Below, piece by piece: positions 19,326-29,874 of a stretch of 64,000 bases of DNA. Source of the DNA: Patescibacteria group bacterium. GTDB lineage: Bacteria > Patescibacteriota > Patescibacteriia > JAHIZJ01. The stretch is from assembly GCA_041650335.1 (NCBI GenBank), contig JBAZLK010000006.1, positions 5,788 through 69,787 on the forward strand, in the 5' to 3' direction. How positions within the stretch are numbered: position 1 is the stretch's first letter; every line of letters starts with the position of its first letter. The notes beneath the pieces were generated by a model. The model saw only the letters and a list, made by a program, of their open reading frames with translations, did no database searches and was not told the DNA's origin. The position numbers and the translations under genes were made by a program.

Positions 19326-20444
19326 CTAGACGAGGTTCTCGGGGTTGAGGCCCTCGAGTTCCGGCAGGACGAAGCGACCATCCTGACGGATGAGCGTGTC
19401 GTCGAACCAGATCTTGCCGCCGCCGACTTCGGGAGTCTGACGGTGAACCATGTCCCAGTGGTTCATGGAGACATTGCCGTTCGGGGCGCGGTCGTAGGCT
19501 TTGCCGAGCGCCATGTGGAGCGAGCCGGCGATCTTCTCGTCGAAGAGCGTATCGAGGACCGCCTCGAGGATGTGCGGATTGAAGCCGAGGGCGAATTCGC
19601 CGACGTAGCGCGCGCCCTCATCGCGGTTCAGGAAGGCGTTCAACTTGTCGTTGTCTCCGTCGGTCGTGGTCTCAACCGCCCGCCCGTCGACGAATCTGGC
19701 GCGGACGTTCGGGAAGACGACGCCGTCGAAGAGCGTCGGAGTGTTGAAGAGGATTGTGCCGTTCACGGAGTCCCGGACTGGCGCGGTGAAAAGCTCACCG
19801 TCCGGGATGTTCAGGTGGCCATCGCACTTGATGGCCGGGATGTCCTTGATCGAGAATTCCAGGTCGGTGTCCGGCGCCAAGATCCTGACCCGGTCGGTCT
19901 TCAGCATCAGCGCGAGCAGGGGCTCCATGGCGGCCGACATCCGCCCGTAGTCCAGCATGCAGACCCGGTAGTAGAAGTCCGCGAACGCGTCCTGCGACAT
20001 CTGGGCCTGCTGGGCCATGGCGTTGTTGGGATAGCGGAGCACCACCCAGCGCGTTCTCTTCACTCGGCAGTCAAGATGCACCGGCTCGATGAAAAGCTGG
20101 TTGAACAGCTTCATCCTCTCGGGCGGCACGTCGCTCAGCTCCCGGGTGTTGGACGCGCCCCGGATGCCGATGTAGCACTGCATCTTCTCCATGCGCGGCA
20201 GGGCGAATTCAGCCAGCGCCCTGATCTGGTCCTCGTCGGCGCCGAGGAGCAGCCGCCGAAGCATAGCTTCGTCCCGGAACTCGGTGTGCACCTTGGCGCC
20301 GCGCTCGATGGCGACGGTCACCACTTCCCGGCTGAGAGGCAGCGGGTCTGTCCCGATCGTCTCAACCAGGACGTTGTCGCCCTTCTTCACTCCCATCGAG
20401 TAGTCAACCAGCGTCTCGGCCAGTTGACGGTTTCTCGGGTCCAT
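19326..20444 (-). CDS. M29 family aminopeptidase (AmpS/AmpT-like)
   Basis: NIPDGELFTAP, GEFALG, LFDEKIAGSLHMALG, HWDMV; SD GGAGG. Confidence 0.92.
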   Translation of the reverse strand: MDPRNRQLAETLVDYSMGVKKGDNVLVETIGTDPLPLSREVVTVAIERGAKVHTEFRDEAMLRRLLLGADEDQIRALAEFALPRMEKMQCYIGIRGASNTRELSDVPPERMKLFNQLFIEPVHLDCRVKRTRWVVLRYPNNAMAQQAQMSQDAFADFYYRVCMLDYGRMSAAMEPLLALMLKTDRVRILAPDTDLEFSIKDIPAIKCDGHLNIPDGELFTAPVRDSVNGTILFNTPTLFDGVVFPNVRARFVDGRAVETTTDGDNDKLNAFLNRDEGARYVGEFALGFNPHILEAVLDTLFDEKIAGSLHMALGKAYDRAPNGNVSMNHWDMVHRQTPEVGGGKIWFDDTLIRQDGRFVLPELEGLNPENLV

Positions 20445-20606
20445 CTTCCCTCCCTTGGTTTGGGCCTGGACGGTATTGGTGTCCACGCTGCCGGCACCCA
20501 TTGTGCGGCAGCTGCCGCCTTACTCGTTTGGCCAACGAATGTCAACTCGCGTATATATAAAAAAACGGCGCTTCTGCCGTCGCATATTTCTCTGTCTAAA
20601 CTCTTA

Positions 20607-21362
20607 TTAAAACTGCCTCGTTTTCCCGACGATGATCCGCAATTTTTTTGAGGCCACCTCAACGGTCGCCGGCAACGTAATAACCGTTTGTCCATCTACC
20701 ACAACCGATTCCATCGTTTGATCACCTTCCAGCACAACGGTTTTTGCTGGAAATATGCTGGCATCAACGGTCCGTTTGCCAAACCACTTGCCCAGGCCGG
20801 CGGCTTTTCCGCCACTCACGACAACTTCCAAAAGCCCGTCGCTTGGATCGCTTTGACGACGACCATCAGACCAACCGAGATTGCATATTAAAACGCGCTG
20901 ATCCGGATCGCGCGGTTTGATCGAGAATTGATTATTGATCCAGGCCGTAATATTCCCCGGCGGCACGTCGAGCTCAGTGAGAAAATACGTCGCATTCGCT
21001 TTGCCGAGATCGAGTCGTTTGATAACTCGGGCCGAAAGCGTATCGCACGCCTTTTCACTCTCAGGAATTCCGAGAAAGACAGCGAGCCGATTCGGTGATT
21101 CAATCGGGATATAGCCAAGCGTGACATTTGTGCCGGCGACGAGCGGCAATATTTTTGTGAGGGTGTGATCGTTCCCGACGGCCACAAGCGTGTCAGCCCC
21201 CTTTTTGATAGCCTCGGAAACGGACTCGTGAATACTGGTCAGGACGGACAGCCGGCAGATTTTTCCGGAGACGCCTAAATCAGTCAGGCGGGTTTCAATG
21301 CGAGCGAGCGCTGACCGGAATTTTGAGTCACCGACAAAGGTGTCGTAAAAATAGACGTACAT
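20607..21362 (-). CDS. diacylglycerol kinase family-like protein
   Basis: LVAVGNDHT (variant of GGDGT), LGYIP, LDLGKAN, SDGLLEV. Confidence 0.7.
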   Translation of the reverse strand: MYVYFYDTFVGDSKFRSALARIETRLTDLGVSGKICRLSVLTSIHESVSEAIKKGADTLVAVGNDHTLTKILPLVAGTNVTLGYIPIESPNRLAVFLGIPESEKACDTLSARVIKRLDLGKANATYFLTELDVPPGNITAWINNQFSIKPRDPDQRVLICNLGWSDGRRQSDPSDGLLEVVVSGGKAAGLGKWFGKRTVDASIFPAKTVVLEGDQTMESVVVDGQTVITLPATVEVASKKLRIIVGKTRQF

Positions 21363-21373
21363 GAAAACTGCGT

Positions 21374-21781
21374 TTAAGCTGTTCCGTTTTTCTTTTTCGG
21401 CAATGGTTCGGTCGACGGTGTGTCGAGCATAGGCTCGGATGACATTTTTACCTTGCCGTTGATGATCGCGCCAGCTTCCATTGAAATAACCGAGGCCGCG
21501 ACGTTGCCGGATAGCTTGGCGGTTTTGGTCAACTCGATTTTTTCTTGGGCGACAATCTTGTTCCCGCGGATCTCGCCGGAAGCGTAAATGTTTTTTGCTT
21601 CCACATCGGCAACTATTTTTGCCTCCGAACCGACACGGAGATCGCCGGTAGTTTTAAAAGTGCCGTTGACGACGCCTTCAACAAAGACATCGCCGGTGCC
21701 GACAAAATTGCCATCGACTTGAACGGACAGGCCAATGACGGTTTCGGTTTGTCCTTTTGATTTTTCATCCTTGGTAAACAT
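21374..21781 (-). CDS. bactofilin (polymer-forming cytoskeletal protein)
   Basis: TVIGLSVQVDGNF...VEGVVNG beta-helical repeats, MEAGAIINGKVKM. Confidence 0.88.
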   Translation of the reverse strand: MFTKDEKSKGQTETVIGLSVQVDGNFVGTGDVFVEGVVNGTFKTTGDLRVGSEAKIVADVEAKNIYASGEIRGNKIVAQEKIELTKTAKLSGNVAASVISMEAGAIINGKVKMSSEPMLDTPSTEPLPKKKNGTA

Positions 21782-21903
21782 AGGATATGGTGATTAGTGG
21801 TTACTCGCTACCTCAAGTGTAGGGATGAGAAGGCGTTTTTGTCAAAGAATCCTTGAGTGAAAGAGTAGCTTCCTATACACTGAATAGGAGGCAATAAATA
21901 TTT

Positions 21904-22125
21904 ATGATATACGAGGCTCACATGAACGAACAACCAGCAGATCAAAATGCTACGCCAGAGGTCGATCCAGAAATCATCAAACATAAGACCCTAAAAAAGG
22001 AGTTATTGACAATATTTGCAACATTTGTTGTAATGCTGGTTATTGTGGGAGTACTTGAATATCTAGAAAGAACGTCCGGATTTGTTACAAAGATGTCTGA
22101 ACAAATAGTAAATAAGATTATTTAA
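21904..22125 (+). CDS. small single-TM hypothetical protein
   Basis: SD GGAGG, one TM helix, AT-rich. Confidence 0.55.
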   Translation: MIYEAHMNEQPADQNATPEVDPEIIKHKTLKKELLTIFATFVVMLVIVGVLEYLERTSGFVTKMSEQIVNKII

Positions 22126-22187
22126 TTTACGACACTTAAAATATACTAATATAAAAGAAAAACAAATACAAATGTATTACACATCTT

Positions 22188-22259
22188 GCCCTTGTAGCTC
22201 AACGGATAGAGCTAACCCGTCCTAAGGGTGAGATGGGGGTTCAATTCCCTCCAAGGGCA
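22188..22259 (+). tRNA. tRNA-Arg(CCT), CCA not encoded
   Basis: GCCCTTGTAGCTCAACGGATAGAGC...GTCCTAA...GGTTCAATTCCCTCCAAGGGCA. Confidence 0.9.
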
Positions 22260-22262
22260 TAT

Positions 22263-22338
22263 GGGCCGTTAGCTCAGCTGGTAGAGCGCTGCATTCGCAT
22301 TGCAGAGGTCGCCGGTTCGATTCCGGCACGGTCCACCA
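22263..22338 (+). tRNA. tRNA-Ala(CGC)
   Basis: GGGCCGTTAGCTCAGCTGGTAGAGCGCTGCA-TTCGCAT-TGCAG...GTTCGATTCCGGCACGGTCCACCA. Confidence 0.96.
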
Positions 22339-22374
22339 CGGGTCATCGCGGTCTGCAAGTTGCACATTAAAAAA

Positions 22375-22390
22375 TGTTCCACGTGGAACA
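22375..22390. promoter_or_regulatory. parS site
   Basis: Perfect palindrome TGTTCCACGTGGAACA matching the bacterial parS consensus. Confidence 0.88.
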
Positions 22391-22435
22391 ATAATATATC
22401 ATTATACATTAGCCAAAAAAGAAAGGGGGTGTTAT

Positions 22436-23152
22436 ATGAACACAATAAGTGACTGGGGAGACGTCTTAGTTTCATCATTACAAGACATTTGGAGAGGGAT
22501 AATCAACTTCCTGCCAAACTTAATTGGCGCAATATTAATACTTGTAATCGGTTGGTATATTGCCCTATTGGTTGAACGGTTAGTTGTACGATTTCTTCAG
22601 ATCGTTTGGATCGACAATGCGTTAAAGCGCCTTGGGATTAAGGACGGCTTTGAAAAAGCTGGTATTAAGCTCAATGTGGCGAAGGCTGGTGGGTTTCTCG
22701 TTAAGTGGTTTTTGTTCATCGTGTTTCTTGTGTCTGCGGCTGAGGTATTAAATCTTCGCCAAGTTACGCAGTTTCTTGATGGCGTGGTCTCATATCTTCC
22801 AAATGTAGTGGTGGCTGTGGTCATTCTTCTTCTCGGTGTTGTCTTTGCAAACTTTGCACAGAACATCGTCAAAAAAGCGGTTACAGCTGCTGATCTCTTG
22901 TCAGCAAACTTTCTTTCGAGTGTCGCGAAGTGGGCAATTCTTATTTTCAGTGTGCTTGCCGCGTTAGTGCAATTAAAGGTTGCGTCAAATCTCTTACAAA
23001 CGCTGTTTACTGGATTTGTGGCCATGATCGCGATTGCCGGCGGCCTGGCATTTGGTTTGGGTGGTAGGGAAAAAGCCAAGGACGTGCTAGAGAAAATGAG
23101 TCGCGATCTGACTGATCGGAAGAATCGGGATTCTGAGCAGCACTTGAACTAG
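22436..23152 (+). CDS. CmpX/TM_helix-repeat membrane protein (mechanosensitive-channel related)
   Basis: FLPNLIGAILILVIGW and YLPNVVVAVVILLLG repeats, GLAFGLGGRE. Confidence 0.8.
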   Translation: MNTISDWGDVLVSSLQDIWRGIINFLPNLIGAILILVIGWYIALLVERLVVRFLQIVWIDNALKRLGIKDGFEKAGIKLNVAKAGGFLVKWFLFIVFLVSAAEVLNLRQVTQFLDGVVSYLPNVVVAVVILLLGVVFANFAQNIVKKAVTAADLLSANFLSSVAKWAILIFSVLAALVQLKVASNLLQTLFTGFVAMIAIAGGLAFGLGGREKAKDVLEKMSRDLTDRKNRDSEQHLN

Positions 23153-23248
23153 CTCGATAACATAAAAGCGGCCCTACACAAAGGGCCGCTTTTATTTATA
23201 TGAAAAAGCCCGGCGGGAAGCCAGGCCAAGGTGCGCCAGAAACGTGGG

Positions 23249-23551
23249 TCATGAGAACAGAGGGCGAGCCTCTTCGCGAATCATCGATTCGATCCTGCCC
23301 CAGAACGCCCTCACCAGCAACGGCATGTCGCATTCGATCGTGACGGCTCCGGACTGAACCGTGATTGTACCAGTAATAGTGTAGCCGCTTGCGTCGATTG
23401 TGAGGGCGCAAGTGTTGTCCGTCCAGGACTCCTGCGTGACTGTCATCTCGCCCGCATGTTTGGTCCGCAACCGCTCGATCAAGACTTTGGTCTGAGCGAT
23501 TGCGTTGGGCTGATCCAGGTGATGCTGGATCGTCATCTGTTTCTTTGCCAT
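23249..23551 (-). CDS. polyhydroxyalkanoic acid system family-like protein
   Basis: MTIQHHL...WTDNTCALTIDASGYTITGTITV...MPLLVRAFWGRIESMIREE pattern; SD GGAGG. Confidence 0.6.
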   Translation of the reverse strand: MAKKQMTIQHHLDQPNAIAQTKVLIERLRTKHAGEMTVTQESWTDNTCALTIDASGYTITGTITVQSGAVTIECDMPLLVRAFWGRIESMIREEARPLFS

Positions 23552-23632
23552 CAGATCCTCCTTGCCATCAGTGATACTGGTGAACGCTGATTGGCCAGAG
23601 TACCTTACTGCGGATCGGCAAATATGTAAAGA

Positions 23633-23648
23633 TGTTCCACGTGGAACA
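23633..23648. promoter_or_regulatory. parS site
   Basis: Second identical TGTTCCACGTGGAACA. Confidence 0.88.
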
Positions 23649-23912
23649 ATGATGAATGGAAAGTTGAGATAACACTATATTTTTCTAATTAAATTATCTT
23701 TGTGACATAATTTTTCTCACGCCCAATTTGCTTCGGGCGATCGAAATAGTTTTGTCAGATTATTGCTCTTCGTATAACCAGATCAATAGGGAATAAAAAT
23801 CTACTGTCTCTTCTTGAAGACGCTGGATAAAAAAAGACCGAAATAACTATGTTCGGTATTTGTTCGGGTATAAAAAAGTCGTTTAAGAAAATGCTTTGTA
23901 GTTTTAATATGA

Positions 23913-24048
23913 TGGTGGACCCTACCGGGCTCGAACCGGTCCCCGGGGTTCGGCGGTCCAGAGACATCGCCTCACCCGTCTCATCTCCTCGCGGGCACAA
24001 GCAGTTGTGTCCGCTCGTGGACTCGACCCTCTTCCATGCGCATGGAAG
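23913..24048 (-). pseudogene. partial tRNA-Ala(GGC) duplicate with ~85-nt insert
   Basis: 29 bp identical to tRNA 3' end, GC-rich insert, then anticodon arm copy with one extra nt. Confidence 0.8.
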
Positions 24049-24090
24049 TTTGTATAAATAAAGAGGAGACTCATATTTATTTATCTATTT

Positions 24091-24166
24091 TGGTGGACCC
24101 TACCGGGCTCGAACCGGTCACCTCTTCCATGCCATGGAAGCGCTCTACCAAATGAGCTAAGGGCCC
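24091..24166 (-). tRNA. tRNA-Ala(GGC)
   Basis: GGGCCCTTAGCTCATTTGGTAGAGCGCTTCC-ATGGCAT-GGAAG...GTTCGAGCCCGGTAGGGTCCACCA. Confidence 0.96.
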
Positions 24167-24312
24167 ATGTTCTTCACGCCTGATTATAGCGGGTGATGGC
24201 AAAAAAATCAACTCAACCCTCGATGCAACGAACCATGTTGACAGCTGACATTATTATGTTAGGATGGGGCCGAACGCGATTTTCTGTCTGCCGGTCGACA
24301 GAGGGAGGAACC

Positions 24313-24555
24313 ATGGCTGAACAGTCGACGTTCGATCGAGTCAAGAAGGTCACCATTGAACAACTCGGCGTTGCCCCGGAGAAGGTGACGCCGGAAGCCA
24401 GCTTCGAGGAAGATCTCGGCGCCGATTCTCTCGACCGGGTCGAACTGATCATGGGTCTGGAGGAGGAGTTCGAGATCGAGATTCCCGACGACAAGGCCGA
24501 AAAGGTCGTTACGGTCCAGGATGCGGTCAAGATGATCACCGACATTCTGGCCTAG
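24313..24555 (+). CDS. acpP: acyl carrier protein
   Basis: [20 protein letters not shown]; SD GGAGG. Confidence 0.95.
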   Translation: MAEQSTFDRVKKVTIEQLGVAPEKVTPEASFEEDLGADSLDRVELIMGLEEEFEIEIPDDKAEKVVTVQDAVKMITDILA

Positions 24556-24707
24556 CAGGTTGATCGTCTAGCACGCACGATTCTCGTGCCCTGCGCCCTC
24601 CTGTGTCTATACAGGATGGCGCTTTTATATTTTCGGCGAATCGGGCTGGACGTATAGCGGTATTTTTACTACAATACAAGAACCATATAATCATTAATTG
24701 GAATAAT

Positions 24708-25034
24708 ATGGCTGAAATTACACTGACTGATCAAAACTTCGAAAAAGAAGTAGTGAAAGAACATACCTTACCCGTGCTGGTTGATTTTTGGGCCACCTGG
24801 TGCGGACCATGCAAAGCGCAGGCGCCTATTCTAGAAGAAGTGGCGCGCGAGTATGATGGCAAAGTGAAAGTTGGCAAACTCGAGGTCGACCAAAATCCCG
24901 GCCGGGCAAGCGAATATAACATTATGAGCATCCCGACGTTAGCCATCTTTGTCAAAGGCCAGCTCGTGAAACAACTCGTTGGTCTGCAGCCAAAGAAAAA
25001 AATAGAAGACGAACTCGCCCAAGTCATCAAATAA
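24708..25034 (+). CDS. trxA: thioredoxin
   Basis: VDFWATWCGPC, IMSIPTL. Confidence 0.96.
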   Translation: MAEITLTDQNFEKEVVKEHTLPVLVDFWATWCGPCKAQAPILEEVAREYDGKVKVGKLEVDQNPGRASEYNIMSIPTLAIFVKGQLVKQLVGLQPKKKIEDELAQVIK

Positions 25035-25106
25035 CCAAAGAGAGGAAAATTTCGATCCAGTGAAACACCGTGGGATCGAGGTTTCTCTATTCATCAGACG
25101 TGTACT

Positions 25107-26300
25107 ATGTCTCTTTCCCGACGCGTTTCCCGCATTCCCGAATCACCCTTGCGCCAACTAGCTGACGTGGCTCGATCGACCGAGTCGCGCGGCCGGCAGG
25201 TGTATTATTTAAATCTCGGCGAGCCGGACGAATACCCACCAACTGAGGTAGGCGCTGCGTTGGCGTCGCTGGCCGGAAATAAAATGAAGTACGGCCGTTC
25301 CGAAGGCGAGCTGGATTTGCTGGCGGCGTGGCAGAAATATTTTTCCGACTCAGGGATCACGCTTGCAGATGGAGAAATGATTATTACCTCGGGCGCAAGC
25401 GAAGCCCTAGTTTTTGCGCTGGCCGCCACGACCGATCCGGGCGACGAAGTTCTTGTCTTCGAACCGTTTTATCCCAACTACCTCAGCCTCGCGGCGATGC
25501 TGGGTGTCCAGCTGATCAGCCTGCCGTTTGAACAGACGGAGGCCGGTGCAATCTTGCCGAGCCGCGAACAGATCCTTCAGCGATTGACGCCGCATACTCG
25601 GGCAATTCTCTTTGACAACCCCTCAAACCCAACCGGGCGCGTGTATACGAATGACGAATTAATCCGGCTGGGTGAGCTGGCCCGCGAAAAGAATCTCTGG
25701 CTGATTGCCGACGAAGTCTATCGTGAACTCGTATATTCCGGCGCACCAACCAGCCTGCTTACGTACCCGGATTTTTCTGAGCGGATTGTTGTAGTTGATA
25801 GCGTTTCAAAACGATTTAGTCTATGCGGTTGCCGTATCGGTTGCGTGGTCAGTCGGAACGTTGAGTTTATGGCCGCCATTCGTCGTCTGGCGCAAAGCCG
25901 ATTATCGGCACCCATACCAAGCCAGCGCGTTGCCGCCGCCGCCTTGGCGGTTGGCGAGCCATACGTCAAGATGCAGTTGGAAACGTTTCGTCGCAAGCGA
26001 ACGATTATAGCCGAGGCGCTGTCGACGTGGCCTGAGCTCACCTATCACGAACCGAACGGCTCCTTCTATGTTTTTGCCACCGTGCCAAAGTTGAAAGACA
26101 GTGAAGCCTTCAGCCGCTGGCTGGTCGAAGAATTTTCATTTGATAATGAAACAGTCGTCATTGCGCCAGGGACCGGTTTCTATCTCAACCCCGAGCACGG
26201 CCGGCGGCAATTCCGCCTTGCCTTTGTGCCCGCAGAGCCGGCGCTGACGCGCGCGCTCACCATTTTACATAAGGGAGTGCAAACATATCTAACTCGATAA
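25107..26300 (+). CDS. class I/II PLP-dependent aminotransferase
   Basis: [27 protein letters not shown]. Confidence 0.92.
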   Translation: MSLSRRVSRIPESPLRQLADVARSTESRGRQVYYLNLGEPDEYPPTEVGAALASLAGNKMKYGRSEGELDLLAAWQKYFSDSGITLADGEMIITSGASEALVFALAATTDPGDEVLVFEPFYPNYLSLAAMLGVQLISLPFEQTEAGAILPSREQILQRLTPHTRAILFDNPSNPTGRVYTNDELIRLGELAREKNLWLIADEVYRELVYSGAPTSLLTYPDFSERIVVVDSVSKRFSLCGCRIGCVVSRNVEFMAAIRRLAQSRLSAPIPSQRVAAAALAVGEPYVKMQLETFRRKRTIIAEALSTWPELTYHEPNGSFYVFATVPKLKDSEAFSRWLVEEFSFDNETVVIAPGTGFYLNPEHGRRQFRLAFVPAEPALTRALTILHKGVQTYLTR

Positions 26301-26311
26301 CATCGATTCAT

Positions 26312-27556
26312 ATGCCAACAAACAATCCATTCAAAAACGCCATAAACCAACTCGAACGCACCGCTAAAGTGATTGACTTGAACGAGGATATCCTGAATAT
26401 TCTTCGCGCCCCGGTTCGAGTGCTGCAAGTGTCCATTCCAGTCCGGATGGATGACGGTAAGGTAAAAGTATTTCATGGTTACCGCGTCCAGCACAACGAC
26501 TCGCGCGGGCCAACGAAAGGCGGTATCCGCTATCATCCGGCGGCTGATCTGGCCGAGGTGAAAGCGCTCGCCATGCTCATGACCTGGAAGTGCGCGCTCA
26601 TGGATATCCCTTACGGCGGGGCTAAGGGCGGCATTGTGGTTGACCCGCGGAAACTCAGCCACGGCGAGTTGGAACGGCTAACGCGAGGTTATGTCCGAGG
26701 TTTAAACGGTTTTATCGGACCAAACCGCGATATTCCAGCGCCCGACGTCTACACCAATCCGCAGATCATGGCTTGGATCATGGACGAAGCCAGCCGCATG
26801 ACTGGTTACAACGTTCCCGGAATTGTGACCGGCAAGCCGGTTGAAATTGGCGGCAGTCTCGGCCGGCAGTATGCCACGGCGCAAGGCGGCATTTACGTCT
26901 TGCAGGAAGTCTGCGGACTTGAAGGAGTGAAGTGCGACCGGTCGAGCCGTGTCGTTGTCCAGGGGTTTGGTAATGCCGGTAGCTATGCCGCAAAGATGCT
27001 GCACAAGCTGAACTTCCGTGTCCTGGCGTTGTCTGATTCAAAAGGCGGGATCTATAATCCCAAAGGACTCGACCCTCAAGCAGTCGAACTTTACAAAGAA
27101 AAGACTGGTTCGGTAATAGGTTTTCCGGGCAGCGTGCCAGTGACGAACAAGAAGCTACTTGAGCTGCCGTGTGATATCCTGGTGCCGGCCGCGCTCGATA
27201 ATCAGATAAACAGTCAGAATGCCGGACGAATAAAGGCAAAGATTATCCTCGAGCTCGCCAACGGCGCGGTCACCACCGAAGCGGACGACAAACTCGACAA
27301 GCGGAAGATTATGGTGATCCCCGACATTCTCTCCAATGCCGGTGGCGTGACGGTTTCGTACTTCGAGTGGGTCCAGAACATGCAGCAGTATTATTGGGAG
27401 GAGGAAGAGGTGATGGCGCGGTTGCAAAAAGTCATGCGCCGGGCTTTCCGCCAAACCATGGACACGGCCAAACTGCACAAGGTGAATATCCGGACCGCCG
27501 CTTCTATTCTGGCAGTCAGCCGGGTGGCGGAAGCGATCAAGCTACGGGGGTATTAG
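26312..27556 (+). CDS. gdh: Glu/Leu/Phe/Val dehydrogenase (probable glutamate dehydrogenase)
   Basis: [41 protein letters not shown]. Confidence 0.93.
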   Translation: MPTNNPFKNAINQLERTAKVIDLNEDILNILRAPVRVLQVSIPVRMDDGKVKVFHGYRVQHNDSRGPTKGGIRYHPAADLAEVKALAMLMTWKCALMDIPYGGAKGGIVVDPRKLSHGELERLTRGYVRGLNGFIGPNRDIPAPDVYTNPQIMAWIMDEASRMTGYNVPGIVTGKPVEIGGSLGRQYATAQGGIYVLQEVCGLEGVKCDRSSRVVVQGFGNAGSYAAKMLHKLNFRVLALSDSKGGIYNPKGLDPQAVELYKEKTGSVIGFPGSVPVTNKKLLELPCDILVPAALDNQINSQNAGRIKAKIILELANGAVTTEADDKLDKRKIMVIPDILSNAGGVTVSYFEWVQNMQQYYWEEEEVMARLQKVMRRAFRQTMDTAKLHKVNIRTAASILAVSRVAEAIKLRGY

Positions 27557-27674
27557 AAGAAATTCAAAAAGTAAAATTCAAAATGATTGAAGGCGGCTGG
27601 GGCCGCCTTTCTTGGTGCTATTAAATAAAAAAAGAGTCCGAGGTGGTGGTCCACCCGAACCGTGAGCAATGAGG

Positions 27675-28457
27675 CTACAGCAAACCGTTGTATTCCGGCG
27701 GTAACGCTCGGAAGAAACGAATGTCGGCATCTTTCTCCCACCATTCGGGGTGGGAGCAGTTCGAAAGCCTGATCCGTTCGTGAATGAGGTCTTGCGCCGC
27801 CATCCAGGCGAACAACCCGACGTCCCAGTAAGGACAATCCTCGTCCAGTCCCAGGGCCTGGGCGATGTCGTCGTCCCAGGTGGCGTGAGGCCGGTTGAGG
27901 CCGCAGCCGGCTTGGTCGAAGGAGAGCTCAGTTATGAGCTGGCCCCACCGGCCGTTTGTGGTCTTATTCAGGGCCTCCATCCTTGTCTCTCGCCAGGCGG
28001 CTGACAGAGCCAGCCACTCATCGGAATACGCCTCCGGCAGGTAGTCACCAGCGCGCAACCGACAGAGAATGTGCAATAGACCGATGTTGCGAGCTAGGTC
28101 CGTGTTGATCCTGTCGGAAACATTGACCCTGATGATCCATCTCTGGCCGTCGTGGTCAAGCTTCACCGGCCACCACGATCCCGGCGCTGGTACAATGACG
28201 AACTTCGCAGCGGCATTGAGCGGGACGATGATCCCCTTGTTGTCAGCCGTACCGATTGTGCCGTTGGCGCATAGGTAGGCGTAGAGGTCAGGGGCGTTGT
28301 CCCGAAGGAACGCGGCCATGGCGACGACCTCCGTCTTCTCTTCAGCGCTGAACTGTGTCAGCGCTGACGGCGTGAGGAAGTCGATGGCCCAGACGAGTTG
28401 AGTGGACAGGCACGTGAGAACCGCACACGCAAGTACTGAGCCAAGAATCCGACGCAT
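27675..28457 (-). CDS. hypothetical secreted protein
   Basis: Signal-peptide-like N-terminus, SD GGAGGTG. Confidence 0.65.
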   Translation of the reverse strand: MRRILGSVLACAVLTCLSTQLVWAIDFLTPSALTQFSAEEKTEVVAMAAFLRDNAPDLYAYLCANGTIGTADNKGIIVPLNAAAKFVIVPAPGSWWPVKLDHDGQRWIIRVNVSDRINTDLARNIGLLHILCRLRAGDYLPEAYSDEWLALSAAWRETRMEALNKTTNGRWGQLITELSFDQAGCGLNRPHATWDDDIAQALGLDEDCPYWDVGLFAWMAAQDLIHERIRLSNCSHPEWWEKDADIRFFRALPPEYNGLL

Positions 28458-28850
28458 CTGACACCTCCATCTGATCTGTTGGACAGTCGCCTCGGGGGCA
28501 GCCGTCCTATGGTTTCAGTTTGAGCGACACACCGTTTCAACAATAACCCCTTCTTATAGCAGAGGATTACATTTGTGTCAATAGCTGGTCTGCGTGGGGC
28601 GCATCATTAAAGCAAACTACGGCCGTATCTAAAAAAAACGGAGCATACTAAATAACATAATCAAGTTAACCTGTCGGGAAGAAGAAAAAAACATGGCGCC
28701 GCCGGGCTGTCTTCTTCCTATGGAGCGCTCTATTGACAGTCGCTATTCATCATGATAAGCAGTCGTCATAGTGCGGTAGCGGTAATGTTGTTGGAGCGTT
28801 TGTTGGATCATCGGTGGCTGTCACGGTCACCGGGAAAGTGGGAGGGTGCC

Positions 28851-29786
28851 GTGCGTACGATATGGTGTCTGGTTCTTCTGGTGGTTGTTTGTTCCTTGAT
28901 GTGCCCGGCGGTCGTGGGGCAGACTCCCTATGTTCCGGGCGACTATCCGTACTACCCTAGCGACGGCCAAGCCGTCAGCTCGGCTCGGGATTCTTCTCGG
29001 CCAGATTTCGGACAAGCTCATCCGGTCTGGATGAAGCGCCTCGGGGTGACCTACTACCGGGGCTACTACTCCTGGTCTTGGGGCGAGATCCGTTACGGCT
29101 CGCGTTGGCTGCGGTGCGAGCCGGAAGACAACAATAGCTGGTGGTGCCGTGAGAACCCCGATCGCTGCCCGGATAGCCCGTTGATCTACGAATCGCGTAT
29201 CGAAGGGAGCCGCCGGTACTGCCGGTTCCATGAGGCTGACAGCCTCGGTGGATACGTCGAGGCGCAGATGGTTACGTCGGACCCGAGGCTATCGGTTTGG
29301 TGGATGTACTATGCAGCGGAACCGGCCACTTCGTTGTTCGAAGCGGTTGAACGCGGCGCTGGCGCCTACGATCGACCGGACGTCACGGAGGCAATCATCC
29401 GGCACATGATTCAGCGCGGTGCGGTCGCCAAGCAGGACATTTCCAAGCTAACCCCGACGGAAATCCGCGACGCGCTGTGCTGTTATACCAGTGAGGCGCT
29501 CATCGCCAATGCCGAACTGGTGTCTCAGCACGTGTTGCCTTTCAGGTTCAACGGCACGCCGGCCCCCGGCGACACGCTGGTCATCTACTATGATGACGAC
29601 TACGGGCCGGACATGACGGTTGGCGCGGAGCAGACCTATATCGTGATGAAGACCGGGCTATCTTCATTCACGGGCGTACGTTATGTCGAGATGCGCGACT
29701 TGTCGTGCTGTCTCTACGTCAGCCGGCCTCTGGAGGAGCTCGGGAGGATCAATTCGTACGTCGCCGTTTACCCGCTGCGTCAGTAG
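28851..29786 (+). CDS. hypothetical secreted Trp/Tyr/Cys-rich protein
   Basis: GTG start after GGAGGG; signal-peptide-like segment. Confidence 0.6.
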   Translation: MRTIWCLVLLVVVCSLMCPAVVGQTPYVPGDYPYYPSDGQAVSSARDSSRPDFGQAHPVWMKRLGVTYYRGYYSWSWGEIRYGSRWLRCEPEDNNSWWCRENPDRCPDSPLIYESRIEGSRRYCRFHEADSLGGYVEAQMVTSDPRLSVWWMYYAAEPATSLFEAVERGAGAYDRPDVTEAIIRHMIQRGAVAKQDISKLTPTEIRDALCCYTSEALIANAELVSQHVLPFRFNGTPAPGDTLVIYYDDDYGPDMTVGAEQTYIVMKTGLSSFTGVRYVEMRDLSCCLYVSRPLEELGRINSYVAVYPLRQ

Positions 29787-29874
29787 CATTCGGTGTTCGA
29801 GCCCGACCCATGAAAAGGCCGGGCGTTTTATTTTTCCACCTACGGTATTATATAAAAAGGAGTATACTCAAAAT

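Noticed and set aside
19248-20651. 467-aa plus-strand ORF
   Set aside because: Antisense shadow of the GC-rich M29 aminopeptidase gene
24238-24266. dif-like TTATGTTA half-site
   Set aside because: No XerC arm; better explained as the acpP promoter (TTGACA-N16-TAGGAT)
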